Of a stretch of 64,000 nucleotides of DNA, positions 26,612-37,049 are shown piece after piece. The notes below the pieces were generated by a model. It was given only the letters and a program-made list of their open reading frames with translations. It was not told the origin of the DNA and ran no database searches. The translations under genes were made by a program, and so were the position numbers. The stretch's first letter is position 1; the number at the start of each line of letters is the position of its first letter. Source of the DNA: Lachnospiraceae bacterium UBA1760 (lineage in GTDB: Bacteria; Bacillota; Clostridia; Lachnospirales; Lachnospiraceae); contig DCHE01000013.1 in assembly GCA_002314775.1 (NCBI GenBank), positions 5,500-69,499 on the forward strand, given 5' to 3'.

Positions 26612-29600
26612 ATGATGGAGAATGAAAAAATGATTAGAGCTGAGCATGGACTTTACAATCATAAGTTTGAACATGATAACTGTGGTATTGGTGCAGTTGT
26701 TAACATCAAAGGTGTGAAGACTCATGAGACAGTAAGCAACGCACTTAAGATTGTAGAAAACCTTGAGCATAGAGCTGGAAAGGATGCCGAGGGTAAAACT
26801 GGTGATGGTGTTGGAATTCTTCTTCAGATTTCACATAAGTTTTTTAAGAAGGCAACTAAGGAGCTTGGATTTAATATTGGCGGAGAGAGAGAGTATGGTA
26901 TAGGCGTATTCTTCTTCCCTACAGAGGAGCTTGCAAGAAAGCAGGCTATGAAGATGTTCGAGATTATTGTTGAGAAGGAAGGACTTAGTTTTCTTGGATG
27001 GAGACAGGTACCAACCAACCCTGACATTTTAGGACATAAAGCAATTGCGGTAATGCCATGTATTATGCAGGCATTTATAAAGAAGCCTGAAAACGTTAAG
27101 AAGGGACTTGATTTCGACAGAAAGCTTTTCGTTGTAAGAAGAGTATTTGAGCAGAGTAATGAGGATACCTACGTTCCTTCGCTTTCAAGCAGAACAATAG
27201 TATATAAGGGAATGTTTCTTGTAGATCAGCTTAGAAACTTCTATTTAGATTTACTTGATGAGGATTATGTGTCAGCAATTGCGCTTGTTCACTCAAGATT
27301 CTCAACTAACACAACACCAAGCTGGCTTAGAGCTCATCCATACAGATTCCTTGTACATAACGGTGAGATTAACACAATCCGTGGTAATGAGGATAAGATG
27401 ATAGCAAGAGAAGAGACTATGGACTCAAAGTATTTCAAGGGTGAGTTTCACAAGATTACACCTGTACTTGATCCAGATGGTTCAGATTCAGCAAGACTTG
27501 ACAATGCACTCGAGTTCCTTGTAATGAACGGAATGCCACTTCCACTTGCAGTAATGATTATGATCCCTGAACCATGGGAGTCAAATAAGTCAATCTCACA
27601 GACAAAGAGAGACTTTTACCAGTATTACGCAACAATGATGGAGCCATGGGATGGTCCTGCTTCAATTCTCTTTACAGATGGAGATTACATGGGAGCAGTT
27701 CTTGACAGAAATGGACTCAGACCATCACGTTACTACATTACAAATGATGATCATTTAGTACTTTCATCAGAGGTTGGTGTTCTTGATGTTGATCCTTCAA
27801 CAATTGTACTTAAGGACAGACTTAGACCAGGTAAGATGCTTCTCGTTGATACAGTAAAGGGAAGACTTATCGATGATGAGGAGTTAAAGAATAAATATGC
27901 AGGTGCTGAGCCATATGGTGAGTGGATTGATCAGCATCTCACAAGCCTTAAGGATTTAAAGATTCCAAATGAGAGAGTTCCAGAGCTTTCAGATGAGGAC
28001 AGAGCAAAGCTTCAGAAATCATTTGGATACACATACGAGGAGTACAAGAATGCATTAAGACCAATGGCAATGAATGGCTCAGAGGCCATTGCAGCTATGG
28101 GTGTTGACAGCCCTCTCTCAGTGCTTTCAACAAAGATTAAGCCACTCTTCAATTACTTCCACCAGATGTTTGCTCAGGTTACAAATCCACCTATCGATGC
28201 AATTCGTGAGGAGGTTGTAACATCAACATCAGTATATCTTGGACGTGAGGGTAATATCCTTGAGGAGAAGCCTGAAAACTGCAGTATGCTCAGAATTCAT
28301 AATCCAATTCTTACAAACACAGATATGCTTAAGCTTAAGAACCTTAACACAAAGTATCTTAAGTCAGCAGTTATTCCAATTACATATTATAAGAATACTT
28401 CACTTGAGAAGGCAATTGACAGACTCTTTGTAGAGGCAGACAAGCTTTACAGAGATGGTGTAAATATTATCATTCTTTCAGACAGAGGAGTAGATGAGAA
28501 TCATGTTGCTATTCCATCACTTCTTGCAGTATCTGCAATGTCACATCACCTTGTAAATACCAAGAAGAAAACAGCAGTTGCTCTGGTACTTGAGTCAGCC
28601 GAGCCAAGAGATGTTCATCATTTTGCAACTCTTCTTGGATACGGTGCATGCGCAATCAATCCATACCTTGCAATTGATACAATCAAGGAGATGGTTGACA
28701 ATCACATGATTAACAAGGACTTCTATGCTGCAGTCGAGGATTACACTCACGCAATTATGCATGGTATTGTTAAGATTGCATCTAAGATGGGTATCTCAAC
28801 AATTCAGTCATACCAGGGTTCACAGATTTTCGAGGCTGTTGGACTTTCAGAGAAGCTTGTAAATAAATACTTTACAAATACAGTATCAAGAGTGGGCGGA
28901 GTAGATATTAAGGATATTGAGAAGCATGTTGAGGCTCTTCATTCATCAGCCTTTGATCCACTTGGACTTGACACAGACCTTACTATCACTTCAATGGGTG
29001 ACCATAAGATGAGAAGTGGAGCTGAGGAGCATTTGTACAATCCTAACACAATCCATCTTCTTCAGCAGGCTGCATGGACAGGAAGCTATGAAATCTTCAA
29101 GAAGTATACAGCTGCAGTTGATGATGAAGATAAGCTCTTCCATTTAAGGGGACTTATCAACCTTAAGTATCCTGAAAATGGTGGAATTCCTATCGAGGAG
29201 GTTGAGCCAGCTTCATCTATCGTTAAGAGATTTAAGACAGGAGCTATGTCATATGGTTCTATCTCACAGGAAGCACATGAGACAATGGCTATCGCTATGA
29301 ACATGATTGGCGGTAAGTCAAACTCAGGTGAAGGAGGAGAAAGCTTAGAGAGACTTACAGTAGGTAAGGATGGTCTCAACAGATGCTCAGCAATCAAGCA
29401 GGTTGCATCAGGAAGATTTGGCGTTACCTCAAGATACCTTACTTCAGCAAAAGAGATTCAGATTAAGATGGCACAGGGTGCTAAGCCTGGTGAGGGTGGA
29501 CATTTACCAGGAGGAAAGGTATATCCTTGGGTTGCTAAGACAAGGCATTCAACACCAGGTGTAGGACTTATATCACCACCACCTCATCATGATATTTACT

Positions 29601-31162
29601 CAATTGAGGATTTGGCACAGTTAATATATGACTGTAAGAACTCTAATAAGGACGCAAGAATTTCAGTTAAGCTTGTTTCTGAGGCAGGAGTAGGTACTAT
29701 TGCAGCCGGTGTTGCAAAGGCTGGTGCACAGGTAATTCTTATCTCAGGCTTTGAGGGCGGTACTGGAGCTGCTCCAAGAAGTTCAATTCATAATGCAGGA
29801 CTTCCTTGGGAGCTTGGACTTGCAGAGACACATCAGACACTTATCATGAATGACCTCAGAAACAAGGTTATCCTTGAGACAGACGGAAAGCTTATGAGCG
29901 GTCGTGATGTTGCAATTGCAGCAATTCTCGGAGCTGAGGAGTTCGGATTTGCTACAGCACCACTTGTAACAATGGGCTGTGTAATGATGAGAGTATGTAA
30001 TCTTGATACCTGTCCAGTTGGTGTTGCAACACAGAATCCAGAGCTTAGAAAGAAGTTCAAGGGTAAGCCAGAGTACGTTGTAAACTTTATGATGTTTATC
30101 GCAGAAGAGCTTCGTGAGTACATGGCTAAGCTTGGCGTCAGAACAGTTGATGAGCTTGTTGGAAGAAATGATTTCATCGAGGCTTCAGAAGAGGCTGCAA
30201 AGATGAATATCGATCTTTCAAGAATTGTAAATAATCCATTTGCAGATTCTGAGCAGAACAAGATTAGCTATGCTGACAAGAATCTCTATGATTTCGAGCT
30301 TGAGAAGACAATTGATGAGACAATTCTTATGAAGAAGCTCGGACCAGCTCTTGCAAAGGGAACTAAGAAGAGTATCGAAATTGACATAAAGAATACAGAC
30401 AGATCACTCGGAACAATATTTGGTTCTGAGATTACCAAGAAGTATGATGATAAGCTTGAGGATGACACCTACATTGTTAAGTGCTATGGAAGTGGTGGAC
30501 AGAGCTACGGTGCATTTATTCCTAAGGGACTCACACTCGAGCTCGTTGGAGACAGCAATGATTACCTTGGTAAGGGACTTTCAGGCGGTAAGATTATCGT
30601 TTATCCACCAAGTGGAATCAAGTATAAGGCTGAGGATAATATTATTATCGGAAATGTTGCTCTTTACGGAGCTACAAGCGGAAAGGCCTTTATAAATGGT
30701 GTTGCTGGTGAGAGATTTGCAGTTAGAAACTCTGGAGCCTACGCCGTTGTTGAAGGCGTTGGAGAGCATGGCTGTGAGTACATGACAGGTGGTAGAGTAG
30801 TTATTCTTGGACCAACAGGAAAGAACTTTGCAGCTGGTATGAGCGGTGGTATTGCATACGTTCTCGACAAGAACAGTGATCTTTATACAAAGCTCAATAA
30901 GGAAATGATAAGCATCGAGGCTGTCGAGGATAAGTACGATGTTATGGAATTAAAGGATATGATCGTAGAGCACGTTTCATATACAAATTCTGAATTAGGT
31001 AAGGAAATCTTAAAGAACTTCGAGGAATATCTTCCAAAGTTCAAGAAGATAATTCCAAACGATTACAAGAAGATGATGTCTAAGGTTGCTCAGATGGAGG
31101 TCAAGGGACTTTCTTCAGAGCAGGCACTTATTGAAGCATTTTATGCTATCAAGAATAAATAG
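26612..31162 (+). CDS. gltB: Glutamate synthase large subunit
   Basis: Ntn Cys in HDNCGIGAVVN, an FMN/3Fe-4S central domain, and the GXGXG-repeat C-terminal domain. Start moved to ATG 26612 behind aaaggaagg. The TTG-started 27-aa lysine-rich extension in the ORF track is unlikely. Confidence 0.93.
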   Translation: MMENEKMIRAEHGLYNHKFEHDNCGIGAVVNIKGVKTHETVSNALKIVENLEHRAGKDAEGKTGDGVGILLQISHKFFKKATKELGFNIGGEREYGIGVFFFPTEELARKQAMKMFEIIVEKEGLSFLGWRQVPTNPDILGHKAIAVMPCIMQAFIKKPENVKKGLDFDRKLFVVRRVFEQSNEDTYVPSLSSRTIVYKGMFLVDQLRNFYLDLLDEDYVSAIALVHSRFSTNTTPSWLRAHPYRFLVHNGEINTIRGNEDKMIAREETMDSKYFKGEFHKITPVLDPDGSDSARLDNALEFLVMNGMPLPLAVMIMIPEPWESNKSISQTKRDFYQYYATMMEPWDGPASILFTDGDYMGAVLDRNGLRPSRYYITNDDHLVLSSEVGVLDVDPSTIVLKDRLRPGKMLLVDTVKGRLIDDEELKNKYAGAEPYGEWIDQHLTSLKDLKIPNERVPELSDEDRAKLQKSFGYTYEEYKNALRPMAMNGSEAIAAMGVDSPLSVLSTKIKPLFNYFHQMFAQVTNPPIDAIREEVVTSTSVYLGREGNILEEKPENCSMLRIHNPILTNTDMLKLKNLNTKYLKSAVIPITYYKNTSLEKAIDRLFVEADKLYRDGVNIIILSDRGVDENHVAIPSLLAVSAMSHHLVNTKKKTAVALVLESAEPRDVHHFATLLGYGACAINPYLAIDTIKEMVDNHMINKDFYAAVEDYTHAIMHGIVKIASKMGISTIQSYQGSQIFEAVGLSEKLVNKYFTNTVSRVGGVDIKDIEKHVEALHSSAFDPLGLDTDLTITSMGDHKMRSGAEEHLYNPNTIHLLQQAAWTGSYEIFKKYTAAVDDEDKLFHLRGLINLKYPENGGIPIEEVEPASSIVKRFKTGAMSYGSISQEAHETMAIAMNMIGGKSNSGEGGESLERLTVGKDGLNRCSAIKQVASGRFGVTSRYLTSAKEIQIKMAQGAKPGEGGHLPGGKVYPWVAKTRHSTPGVGLISPPPHHDIYSIEDLAQLIYDCKNSNKDARISVKLVSEAGVGTIAAGVAKAGAQVILISGFEGGTGAAPRSSIHNAGLPWELGLAETHQTLIMNDLRNKVILETDGKLMSGRDVAIAAILGAEEFGFATAPLVTMGCVMMRVCNLDTCPVGVATQNPELRKKFKGKPEYVVNFMMFIAEELREYMAKLGVRTVDELVGRNDFIEASEEAAKMNIDLSRIVNNPFADSEQNKISYADKNLYDFELEKTIDETILMKKLGPALAKGTKKSIEIDIKNTDRSLGTIFGSEITKKYDDKLEDDTYIVKCYGSGGQSYGAFIPKGLTLELVGDSNDYLGKGLSGGKIIVYPPSGIKYKAEDNIIIGNVALYGATSGKAFINGVAGERFAVRNSGAYAVVEGVGEHGCEYMTGGRVVILGPTGKNFAAGMSGGIAYVLDKNSDLYTKLNKEMISIEAVEDKYDVMELKDMIVEHVSYTNSELGKEILKNFEEYLPKFKKIIPNDYKKMMSKVAQMEVKGLSSEQALIEAFYAIKNK

Positions 31163-31178
31163 AGAGGAGAGGAAAGTT

Positions 31179-32741
31179 ATGGGAAAACCAACAGGATTTA
31201 TGGATTATGATAGAAAGACAAGCACATGCTTGAGTCCTAAAACAAGAATCAAAAACTTTGATGAGTTTCACGTTCCTCTTCCTTTAGAGGAGCAGAAAAA
31301 GCAGGCAGCAAGATGTATGGACTGTGGTGTTCCATTTTGCCAGTATGGACAGATGATATCTGGAATGGCATCTGGATGTCCACTCCACAATCTTTGCCCT
31401 GAGTGGAATGATCTCGTATATATGGGAAACCTCAAGGAGGCATATCAGAGACTTTCAAAGACAAACAACTTCCCAGAATTTACAAGTAGAGTCTGCCCTG
31501 CACTTTGCGAGGCTGCATGTACCTGTAACATCAATGGTGAAGCAGTATGTACAAAGGAAGATGAGAGATGTATCATCGAGAACGCATACGAGAAGGGCTA
31601 TGTTAATTCAGAGCCACCAAAGGTAAGAACAGACAAGAGAGTTGCAATTATTGGCTCAGGCCCATCAGGACTTGCAGCTGCAGATCAGCTCAACAAGAGA
31701 GGCCATCATGTAACCGTGTTCGAGAGAGCTGACCGCGTGGGTGGACTCCTTATGTACGGAATTCCAAATATGAAGCTTGACAAGAGTGTAATTGACAGAA
31801 AGATTGATTACCTCAAGAAGACAGGAATTGAATTTGTAACCTCAACAGAGGTTGGAGGCTCAAAGGAGGCAGCACCTAAAAAGGTTGCCGTAGCCGATGA
31901 GATGGAAGCATACATAAATGCATCAAAGGTTAAGTATGTAAAGGCAGAAAAGGTCATAAATGATTTTGATGCAGTAATTCTTGCCTGCGGAGCAGCTAAG
32001 CCAAGAGACATCAGAGCAGAGGGAAGAGATGCAAAGGGAATCTATTTCGCAGTGGATTATTTAAAGCAGACTACTAAGAGTTTACTTGACTCAAATCTTG
32101 AGGATGGCAAATATGTATCAGCAAGGGACAAGAAGGTACTCATCATCGGCGGTGGTGATACAGGAAATGACTGTGTTGGTACATCAATCAGACAGGGCGC
32201 AATTGCAGTTACCCAGCTTGAGATGATGCCAAAGCCACCAGTAGAGAGAGCCGCAAACAATCCTTGGCCAGAGTGGCCAAAGGTCTTAAAGACAGACTAC
32301 GGCCAGGAGGAGGCAATTGCACTCTTCGGTGACGACCCAAGAATCTACGAGACAACCGTTAAGGAGTTCATTAAGGATGAGAATGGACATGTAAAGGCTG
32401 CAAAGTGTGTAATGCTCAACTGGGAGAAGGACCCTGAAACAGGTCGTATGAGTATGAAGGAGGACCCAGAGTCAGAGTACATCATCGAGTGCGATATTGT
32501 ACTTATTGCTGCAGGCTTCTTAGGAGCTGAAAACCATATCATGGAAAGCTTCGGTGTTGAACTTAACGCACGCGGAAGTGTAAATACAACCTGCAGGTCA
32601 TATGCCACAAACGTAGACAAGGTTTATGCCTGTGGTGATGTAAGACGTGGTCAGTCCCTCGTTGTATGGGCAATCCACGAAGGCCGTGAGGTAGCAAGCG
32701 AGGTTGATGCCAAGCTTCTAGGTTACGCCAACTTAAAATAA
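31179..32741 (+). CDS. gltD: Glutamate synthase small subunit (NADPH-dependent)
   Basis: MGKPTGFMDYDRK, Cys clusters (CMDCGVPFC, CPLHNLCPEW), VAIIGSGPSGLAAA, LIIGGGDTGNDC. Start at 31179 after agaggagagg. Confidence 0.93.
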   Translation: MGKPTGFMDYDRKTSTCLSPKTRIKNFDEFHVPLPLEEQKKQAARCMDCGVPFCQYGQMISGMASGCPLHNLCPEWNDLVYMGNLKEAYQRLSKTNNFPEFTSRVCPALCEAACTCNINGEAVCTKEDERCIIENAYEKGYVNSEPPKVRTDKRVAIIGSGPSGLAAADQLNKRGHHVTVFERADRVGGLLMYGIPNMKLDKSVIDRKIDYLKKTGIEFVTSTEVGGSKEAAPKKVAVADEMEAYINASKVKYVKAEKVINDFDAVILACGAAKPRDIRAEGRDAKGIYFAVDYLKQTTKSLLDSNLEDGKYVSARDKKVLIIGGGDTGNDCVGTSIRQGAIAVTQLEMMPKPPVERAANNPWPEWPKVLKTDYGQEEAIALFGDDPRIYETTVKEFIKDENGHVKAAKCVMLNWEKDPETGRMSMKEDPESEYIIECDIVLIAAGFLGAENHIMESFGVELNARGSVNTTCRSYATNVDKVYACGDVRRGQSLVVWAIHEGREVASEVDAKLLGYANLK

Positions 32742-32748
32742 ATTAATT

Positions 32749-32788
32749 AAAAAGTGCCAAGTCTCAAATGTGGGCTTGGCACTTTTTT
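32749..32788. terminator. Bidirectional intrinsic terminator between gltD and pfp
   Basis: agtgccaag/cttggcact stem flanked by an A-run upstream and a T-run downstream. Confidence 0.8.
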
Positions 32789-32856
32789 AGTTCATTCCGG
32801 TCAGATGTGGAATGTCGATATTCTAATTCATTCCGGTCAGATGTGGAATGTCAATG
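32788..32856 (-). repeat. Tandem 36-bp duplication of the pfp 3' end
   Basis: tagttcattccggtcagatgtggaatgtcgat (32788-32819) and taattcattccggtcagatgtggaatgtcaat (32824-32855) differ at 2 of 32 positions. Confidence 0.9.
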
Positions 32857-34061
32857 TATACTGGGAGTCCGTCTCGGTAGGTGATTGATACCTCACCCTG
32901 GATGAGAGGCTTTATGTAGGAGATTACGTCGCGGGTTACGTCGTTATGCTCAGGGGTTATCCATTCAACAGGAACTGACTTGGCCTTGTTTGCAATCTGG
33001 GATACGTCAGCCATCTCAATGTCATAAAGGTATGGGACAGTTGACTTTCTTTTTATACTGGTCATAAAGCCAGAAAAGCCCTTTGCGGTAAACTGAACTG
33101 CGAATTCACCAAGCTTTGTAGCCTCGTCCAAATCCGTTCTTGAGGAGATGTGTCCAGCGCATCTCTGGAGAATGTTTAGTTCGATTGATCTGACCTTGAC
33201 ACCGATTTTTTCTTTTACAAGATATTCAAGGGCCTTGCCTGCTCCGCTTAGCTGGGCATGTCCAAAGGTATCGTTTGTAGCGGTACCGGCACATATATAA
33301 TTTCCGTCCTTGTCTCTGATTCCCTCTGAGACAGCGACAACAACATTCTTTGAAACCTCGATTTCGGTTTTTACATCGTTGATGAAATTGTCAACGTCAA
33401 ATGGAACCTCTGGAAGATAAATAAGCTGAGGCGCTCTGTTGTATTTATTTCTGGCAAGAACTGAAGCAGCAGTGAGCCAGCCGGCATCACGTCCCATGAT
33501 TTCAACTATTGTGACACTTGGAAGGTCGTAGATATATGTATCATGAGCAATCTCTATGAGTGATGAGGCAATATATTTTGCTGCAGAACCAAATCCTGGA
33601 GTGTGGTCTGTAAGTACGAGATCGTTGTCTATAGTTTTTGGGACACCAGCTATCTTTATATCGCTTCCAATCATTTTGGCATAGGCTGAAAGCTTTGCTG
33701 TGGTATCCATTGAGTCATTACCACCTATGTAGAAAAATGCACCTACATTCATCTCCTCAAAAATATTGAATATCTGCTTGTAGGCCTCGATATTTTCCTC
33801 GATTGAAGGCATCTTGTAACGGCAGGAGCCAAGATACATAGCAGGAGTTGTCTGAAGAAATTCTACAGAGCTGTAGGATTCCTCTGTCAGCTGAGTAAGG
33901 TTTATAAATTGTCTCTTGAAAACACCCTGAATACCGTGAACTGCTCCGAAAACCTTGTCGTAGGCTTCGCTATCTACAACACCGTTGATTACTCCGGCAA
34001 GAGAAGCATTAATAGCAGCGGTTGGTCCGCCAGACTGAGCTACAATAACGTTCTTTTTCAT
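32823..34061 (-). CDS. pfp: 6-phosphofructokinase, PPi-dependent type by signature residues
   Basis: PFK family: AQSGGPTAAINASLAG, YIGGNDSMDT, GVPKTIDNDL. Asp in the GGxD position and Lys in PKTIDND are the residues that distinguish PPi-PFKs from ATP-PFKs (Gly/Gly in E. coli PfkA). Confidence 0.75.
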   Translation of the reverse strand: MKKNVIVAQSGGPTAAINASLAGVINGVVDSEAYDKVFGAVHGIQGVFKRQFINLTQLTEESYSSVEFLQTTPAMYLGSCRYKMPSIEENIEAYKQIFNIFEEMNVGAFFYIGGNDSMDTTAKLSAYAKMIGSDIKIAGVPKTIDNDLVLTDHTPGFGSAAKYIASSLIEIAHDTYIYDLPSVTIVEIMGRDAGWLTAASVLARNKYNRAPQLIYLPEVPFDVDNFINDVKTEIEVSKNVVVAVSEGIRDKDGNYICAGTATNDTFGHAQLSGAGKALEYLVKEKIGVKVRSIELNILQRCAGHISSRTDLDEATKLGEFAVQFTAKGFSGFMTSIKRKSTVPYLYDIEMADVSQIANKAKSVPVEWITPEHNDVTRDVISYIKPLIQGEVSITYRDGLPVYIDIPHLTGMN

Positions 34062-34208
34062 GTTAATTTACCATATCCTTTACTGCCTATTTGAAGCTTC
34101 CTGAGGCAAATCCTTAATAGGCAAAAGGACCAGCCCAAATAATCGTCCATAGCATATCATAAGAGGTTGAAAAATGCAAATTTTTTGTTAAAAAGTAATA
34201 ATATATTG

Positions 34209-34237
34209 TTGAAATTACACATTGAAAGTTGTATAAT
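34209..34237 (+). promoter_or_regulatory. Candidate sigma-A promoter of the putative sRNA
   Basis: TTGAAA, 17-nt spacer, TATAAT. Confidence 0.5.
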
Positions 34238-34244
34238 CTAATTA

Positions 34245-34467
34245 ATTTAATAAAGAAATTAACGAATCGTGAATGTAATGTCTGGGATGTTCGATACCTC
34301 CTATAATTTTGAACCTACATTTTCTTTTACGGGAACTCTATATGATCAGTTGGATGACCAGCCTCCTTTGAGTGGACTTCAGAAGACTGACTGCGAATAC
34401 CCACCTAGCTTTGCTAGGACTCAAAACGTAGGGGCCGGCATTTCGGATTTTTACGATTCGTTTTTTT
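34245..34467 (+). ncRNA. Candidate structured small RNA (6S-like rod is one hypothesis)
   Basis: It has its own promoter. A 10-bp perfect long-range closing stem (aacgaatcgt 34261-34270 with acgattcgtt 34453-34462) runs straight into a U-run. A second long-range helix pairs cctacatttt (34313-34322) with aaaacgtagg (34424-34433), and there is an internal hairpin cctagc-ttt-gctagg. The overlapping 73-aa ORF has a GTG start and no RBS. The downstream gene has a separate consensus promoter. Confidence 0.4.
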
Positions 34468-34486
34468 ATGCTTTAAAAAGTTTTTC

Positions 34487-34515
34487 TTGACGATAGCTAT
34501 ATTGAACAATATAAT
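34487..34515 (+). promoter_or_regulatory. Candidate sigma-A promoter of the yihY-like gene
   Basis: TTGACG, 17-nt spacer, TATAAT. Confidence 0.55.
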
Positions 34516-34569
34516 TACGTCGACACTTTTTGGAAAATAACGCTATTTTGGACAATAACAGGTATTTTT

Positions 34570-35535
34570 ATGATAAAAAAGGTAAAAAGGAACAGAAAAA
34601 GAATAATTGCAAGCATACTTGATTACAACAAGGGTATGAGAGGAGCACATATTGCGGCATTTGCTTCACAGACTGCGTTTTTCATTTTGCTCGCATTCTT
34701 CCCTATTGTGAATATTCTGCTTTATTCAACTACATATCTTCCGTTTTCCAGAGGTGAGATAGTAGATTTTGTCACAAATCTGGTCCCACAGGAGTTTAAT
34801 GCATTCTTCAAGAGTATGATTAACAGTCTCTATGTAAATAAGATGTCATCATTTACTATAGTCTCGGTTATAATTGCGATTTGGTCAGCCTCTAAGGCGA
34901 TTATGGCGATAAGAAATGCTCTTAACGAAATCAATAACTCAAGAGAGGATAGGAATTATTTTATTATCAGAGGAATCAGTGCGATATATACGGCTGTTTT
35001 TATAGTCATTTTAGTGCTTCTTCTCGTGCTTAAGGTTTTTGGAAATAAGCTTGCAGTCTTTATTGCGGATAAATTTCCGGAATCTACTAATATGCTTACC
35101 TTGATTATTAATGTGAGATATGCCGTAATGTACGGTTTACTGTTTTTATTTTTGTGGGCACTTATGACTAAGCTTCCTGCGAGAAGGCTTAGCTTTAAAA
35201 GTCAGATACCTGGAGCTATATTTTCAACAATTGCCTGGGCATGTATAACCGAGCTTTTTTCTTTATATTATGAAAGTCCATTTGCGGATTCACTTATGTA
35301 CGGAAGCCTTACCACGATGGTTTTTGTGATGTTCTGGTTATATTTTGGCGTTTTGTTTATCTTTATTGGAGAGCAGATTAATCGGTATCTTATAGTAACT
35401 CATAATTTCAAGGATGTTATGAGTGATGAGACTGAGGAAGATAATATTGATAAAATAGATAAAATAGAAGTAAATGAAATAATTGATGAGAATGTAACTG
35501 ATGAGGCTATAGCTGAAGGCAGTTTGTCAGAATGA
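34570..35535 (+). CDS. YihY/BrkB (ribonuclease BN-like) family membrane protein with an acidic C-terminal tail
   Basis: Six hydrophobic segments and family-like blocks (HIAAFASQTAFFILLAFFP, GSLTTMVFVMFWLYF). The exact start is uncertain because the RBS is weak. Confidence 0.7.
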   Translation: MIKKVKRNRKRIIASILDYNKGMRGAHIAAFASQTAFFILLAFFPIVNILLYSTTYLPFSRGEIVDFVTNLVPQEFNAFFKSMINSLYVNKMSSFTIVSVIIAIWSASKAIMAIRNALNEINNSREDRNYFIIRGISAIYTAVFIVILVLLLVLKVFGNKLAVFIADKFPESTNMLTLIINVRYAVMYGLLFLFLWALMTKLPARRLSFKSQIPGAIFSTIAWACITELFSLYYESPFADSLMYGSLTTMVFVMFWLYFGVLFIFIGEQINRYLIVTHNFKDVMSDETEEDNIDKIDKIEVNEIIDENVTDEAIAEGSLSE

Positions 35536-35558
35536 TTTTGAAGATGTATAGATACACA

Positions 35559-35590
35559 TAAAAAATACCGCCAAATGGCGGTATTTTTTA
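35559..35590. terminator. Bidirectional terminator between the yihY-like gene and gltX
   Basis: aaaaa-ataccgcc-aaat-ggcggtat-tttttt. Confidence 0.85.
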
Positions 35591-35600
35591 TGTTAAATAC

Positions 35601-37049
35601 TTAGCTTAGCTTTTCGATAGCTGCTTTGATTCTTGAAATTGTCTCGTCCTTACCGATGATAGACATAAGCTCTGTAGCTCCACCAGGAGTAGCCTGCTTG
35701 CCAGATACAGCGGTACGAAGTGGCCACATTACAAAGCCGGTCTTATATTCTTTTGCTTTCGCAAAATCAGAAAGAAGAGCAAACAGGGAGTCGTTATCAA
35801 AGGCTTCTGCAGACTCGAGTACTGGAAGAACTTCAGTTAAAAGTGCGAGAGAGTTCTCTGCGTTTGTCTTCATCTTCTTGTGAGTATACATTGAAACGTC
35901 GTATTCAGGCACTGCCTCGAAGAAATCAATCTGATCCTTGATATCAAGGAAGGTCTCGATACGTGTCTTTATCATAGAAGCAATCTTTTTCTTATCGATA
36001 TCCTTTGTAATAACCTCATCGATATAAGGCATTGCTTTTTCGATAAATGCTTCATCGTCCATAGCCTTTATGTACTCACTGTTCATCCATCTAAGCTTGG
36101 TCATATCGAGAACAGCAGGTGACTTTGACATATTGTGATAATTGAATTCCTTAACGAGCTCGCTGAGAGAGAAAATCTCCCTGTTGTCACTTGGACACCA
36201 TCCGAGAAGAGCAACAAAGTTTACAACTGCTTCTGTCAAAAATCCCTGGTCAATCAAATCTTCAAATGAAGAATGGCCGCTTCTCTTACTGAGCTTCTTG
36301 TGAGTTTCGTCTGTGATAAGTGGACAGTGAATGTAGGTTGGAACCTCCCATCCAAAGGCCTGGTATAATCTATTGTACTTTGGTGCTGATGAAAGGTATT
36401 CATTTCCACGAACAACATGAGTAATGCCCATGAGGTGATCATCAACAACATTTGCAAAGTTATAGGTTGGGAATCCGTCAGACTTGATAAGAATCATATC
36501 GTCTAATTCCTCGTTTGGCACAGTGATATCTCCGTAAAGCTCGTCGCTGAAGGTAGTGGTTCCTTCATCTGGAGTGTTCTGTCTCACAACGAAAGGCTTT
36601 CCGGCTGCAAGATTTGCCTCGATTTCCTCCTTTGAAAGATGGAGGCAGTGCTTATCGTACTTTACAAGCTTCTTTCCCTCGATATCAGTCTCAAGGCTTC
36701 CTAGTCTTTCCTTGTCGCAGAAGCAGTAGTAGGCCTCGCCTTTTTCGATAAGCTTCTTAGCGTATTCCATGTATAATCCGGACTTTGTTCTCTCTGACTG
36801 GATATAAGGACCAAAACCCTTATCCTTATCAGGACCTTCATCGTGAATAAGACCAGTTTTTTCAAGGGTTCTGTAGATGATATCTACTGCGCCCTCAACC
36901 TCTCTCTCCTGATCAGTGTCCTCAATTCTCAAGATAAAATCTCCATCCTCGTGCTTAGCTATTAAGTAAGCGTAGAGGGCTGTACGAAGATTACCAACAT
37001 GCATTCTTCCTGTTGGACTTGGTGCAAAACGTGTTCTGACTTTTGCCAT
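35601..37049 (-). CDS. gltX: Glutamyl-tRNA synthetase
   Basis: [20 protein letters not shown] (HIGH-type) and KLSKRSGH (KMSKS). Start set at MAKVRTRF behind aggag. The 23-aa upstream extension in the ORF track was rejected. Confidence 0.93.
   Translation of the reverse strand: MAKVRTRFAPSPTGRMHVGNLRTALYAYLIAKHEDGDFILRIEDTDQEREVEGAVDIIYRTLEKTGLIHDEGPDKDKGFGPYIQSERTKSGLYMEYAKKLIEKGEAYYCFCDKERLGSLETDIEGKKLVKYDKHCLHLSKEEIEANLAAGKPFVVRQNTPDEGTTTFSDELYGDITVPNEELDDMILIKSDGFPTYNFANVVDDHLMGITHVVRGNEYLSSAPKYNRLYQAFGWEVPTYIHCPLITDETHKKLSKRSGHSSFEDLIDQGFLTEAVVNFVALLGWCPSDNREIFSLSELVKEFNYHNMSKSPAVLDMTKLRWMNSEYIKAMDDEAFIEKAMPYIDEVITKDIDKKKIASMIKTRIETFLDIKDQIDFFEAVPEYDVSMYTHKKMKTNAENSLALLTEVLPVLESAEAFDNDSLFALLSDFAKAKEYKTGFVMWPLRTAVSGKQATPGGATELMSIIGKDETISRIKAAIEKLS

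Noticed and set aside
34269-34490. 73-aa ORF (GTG start) in the pfp / yihY-like spacer
   Set aside because: It has no Shine-Dalgarno sequence and a non-ATG start. It spans a region with long-range base pairing and runs through a U-run, so it is better explained as a non-coding RNA.
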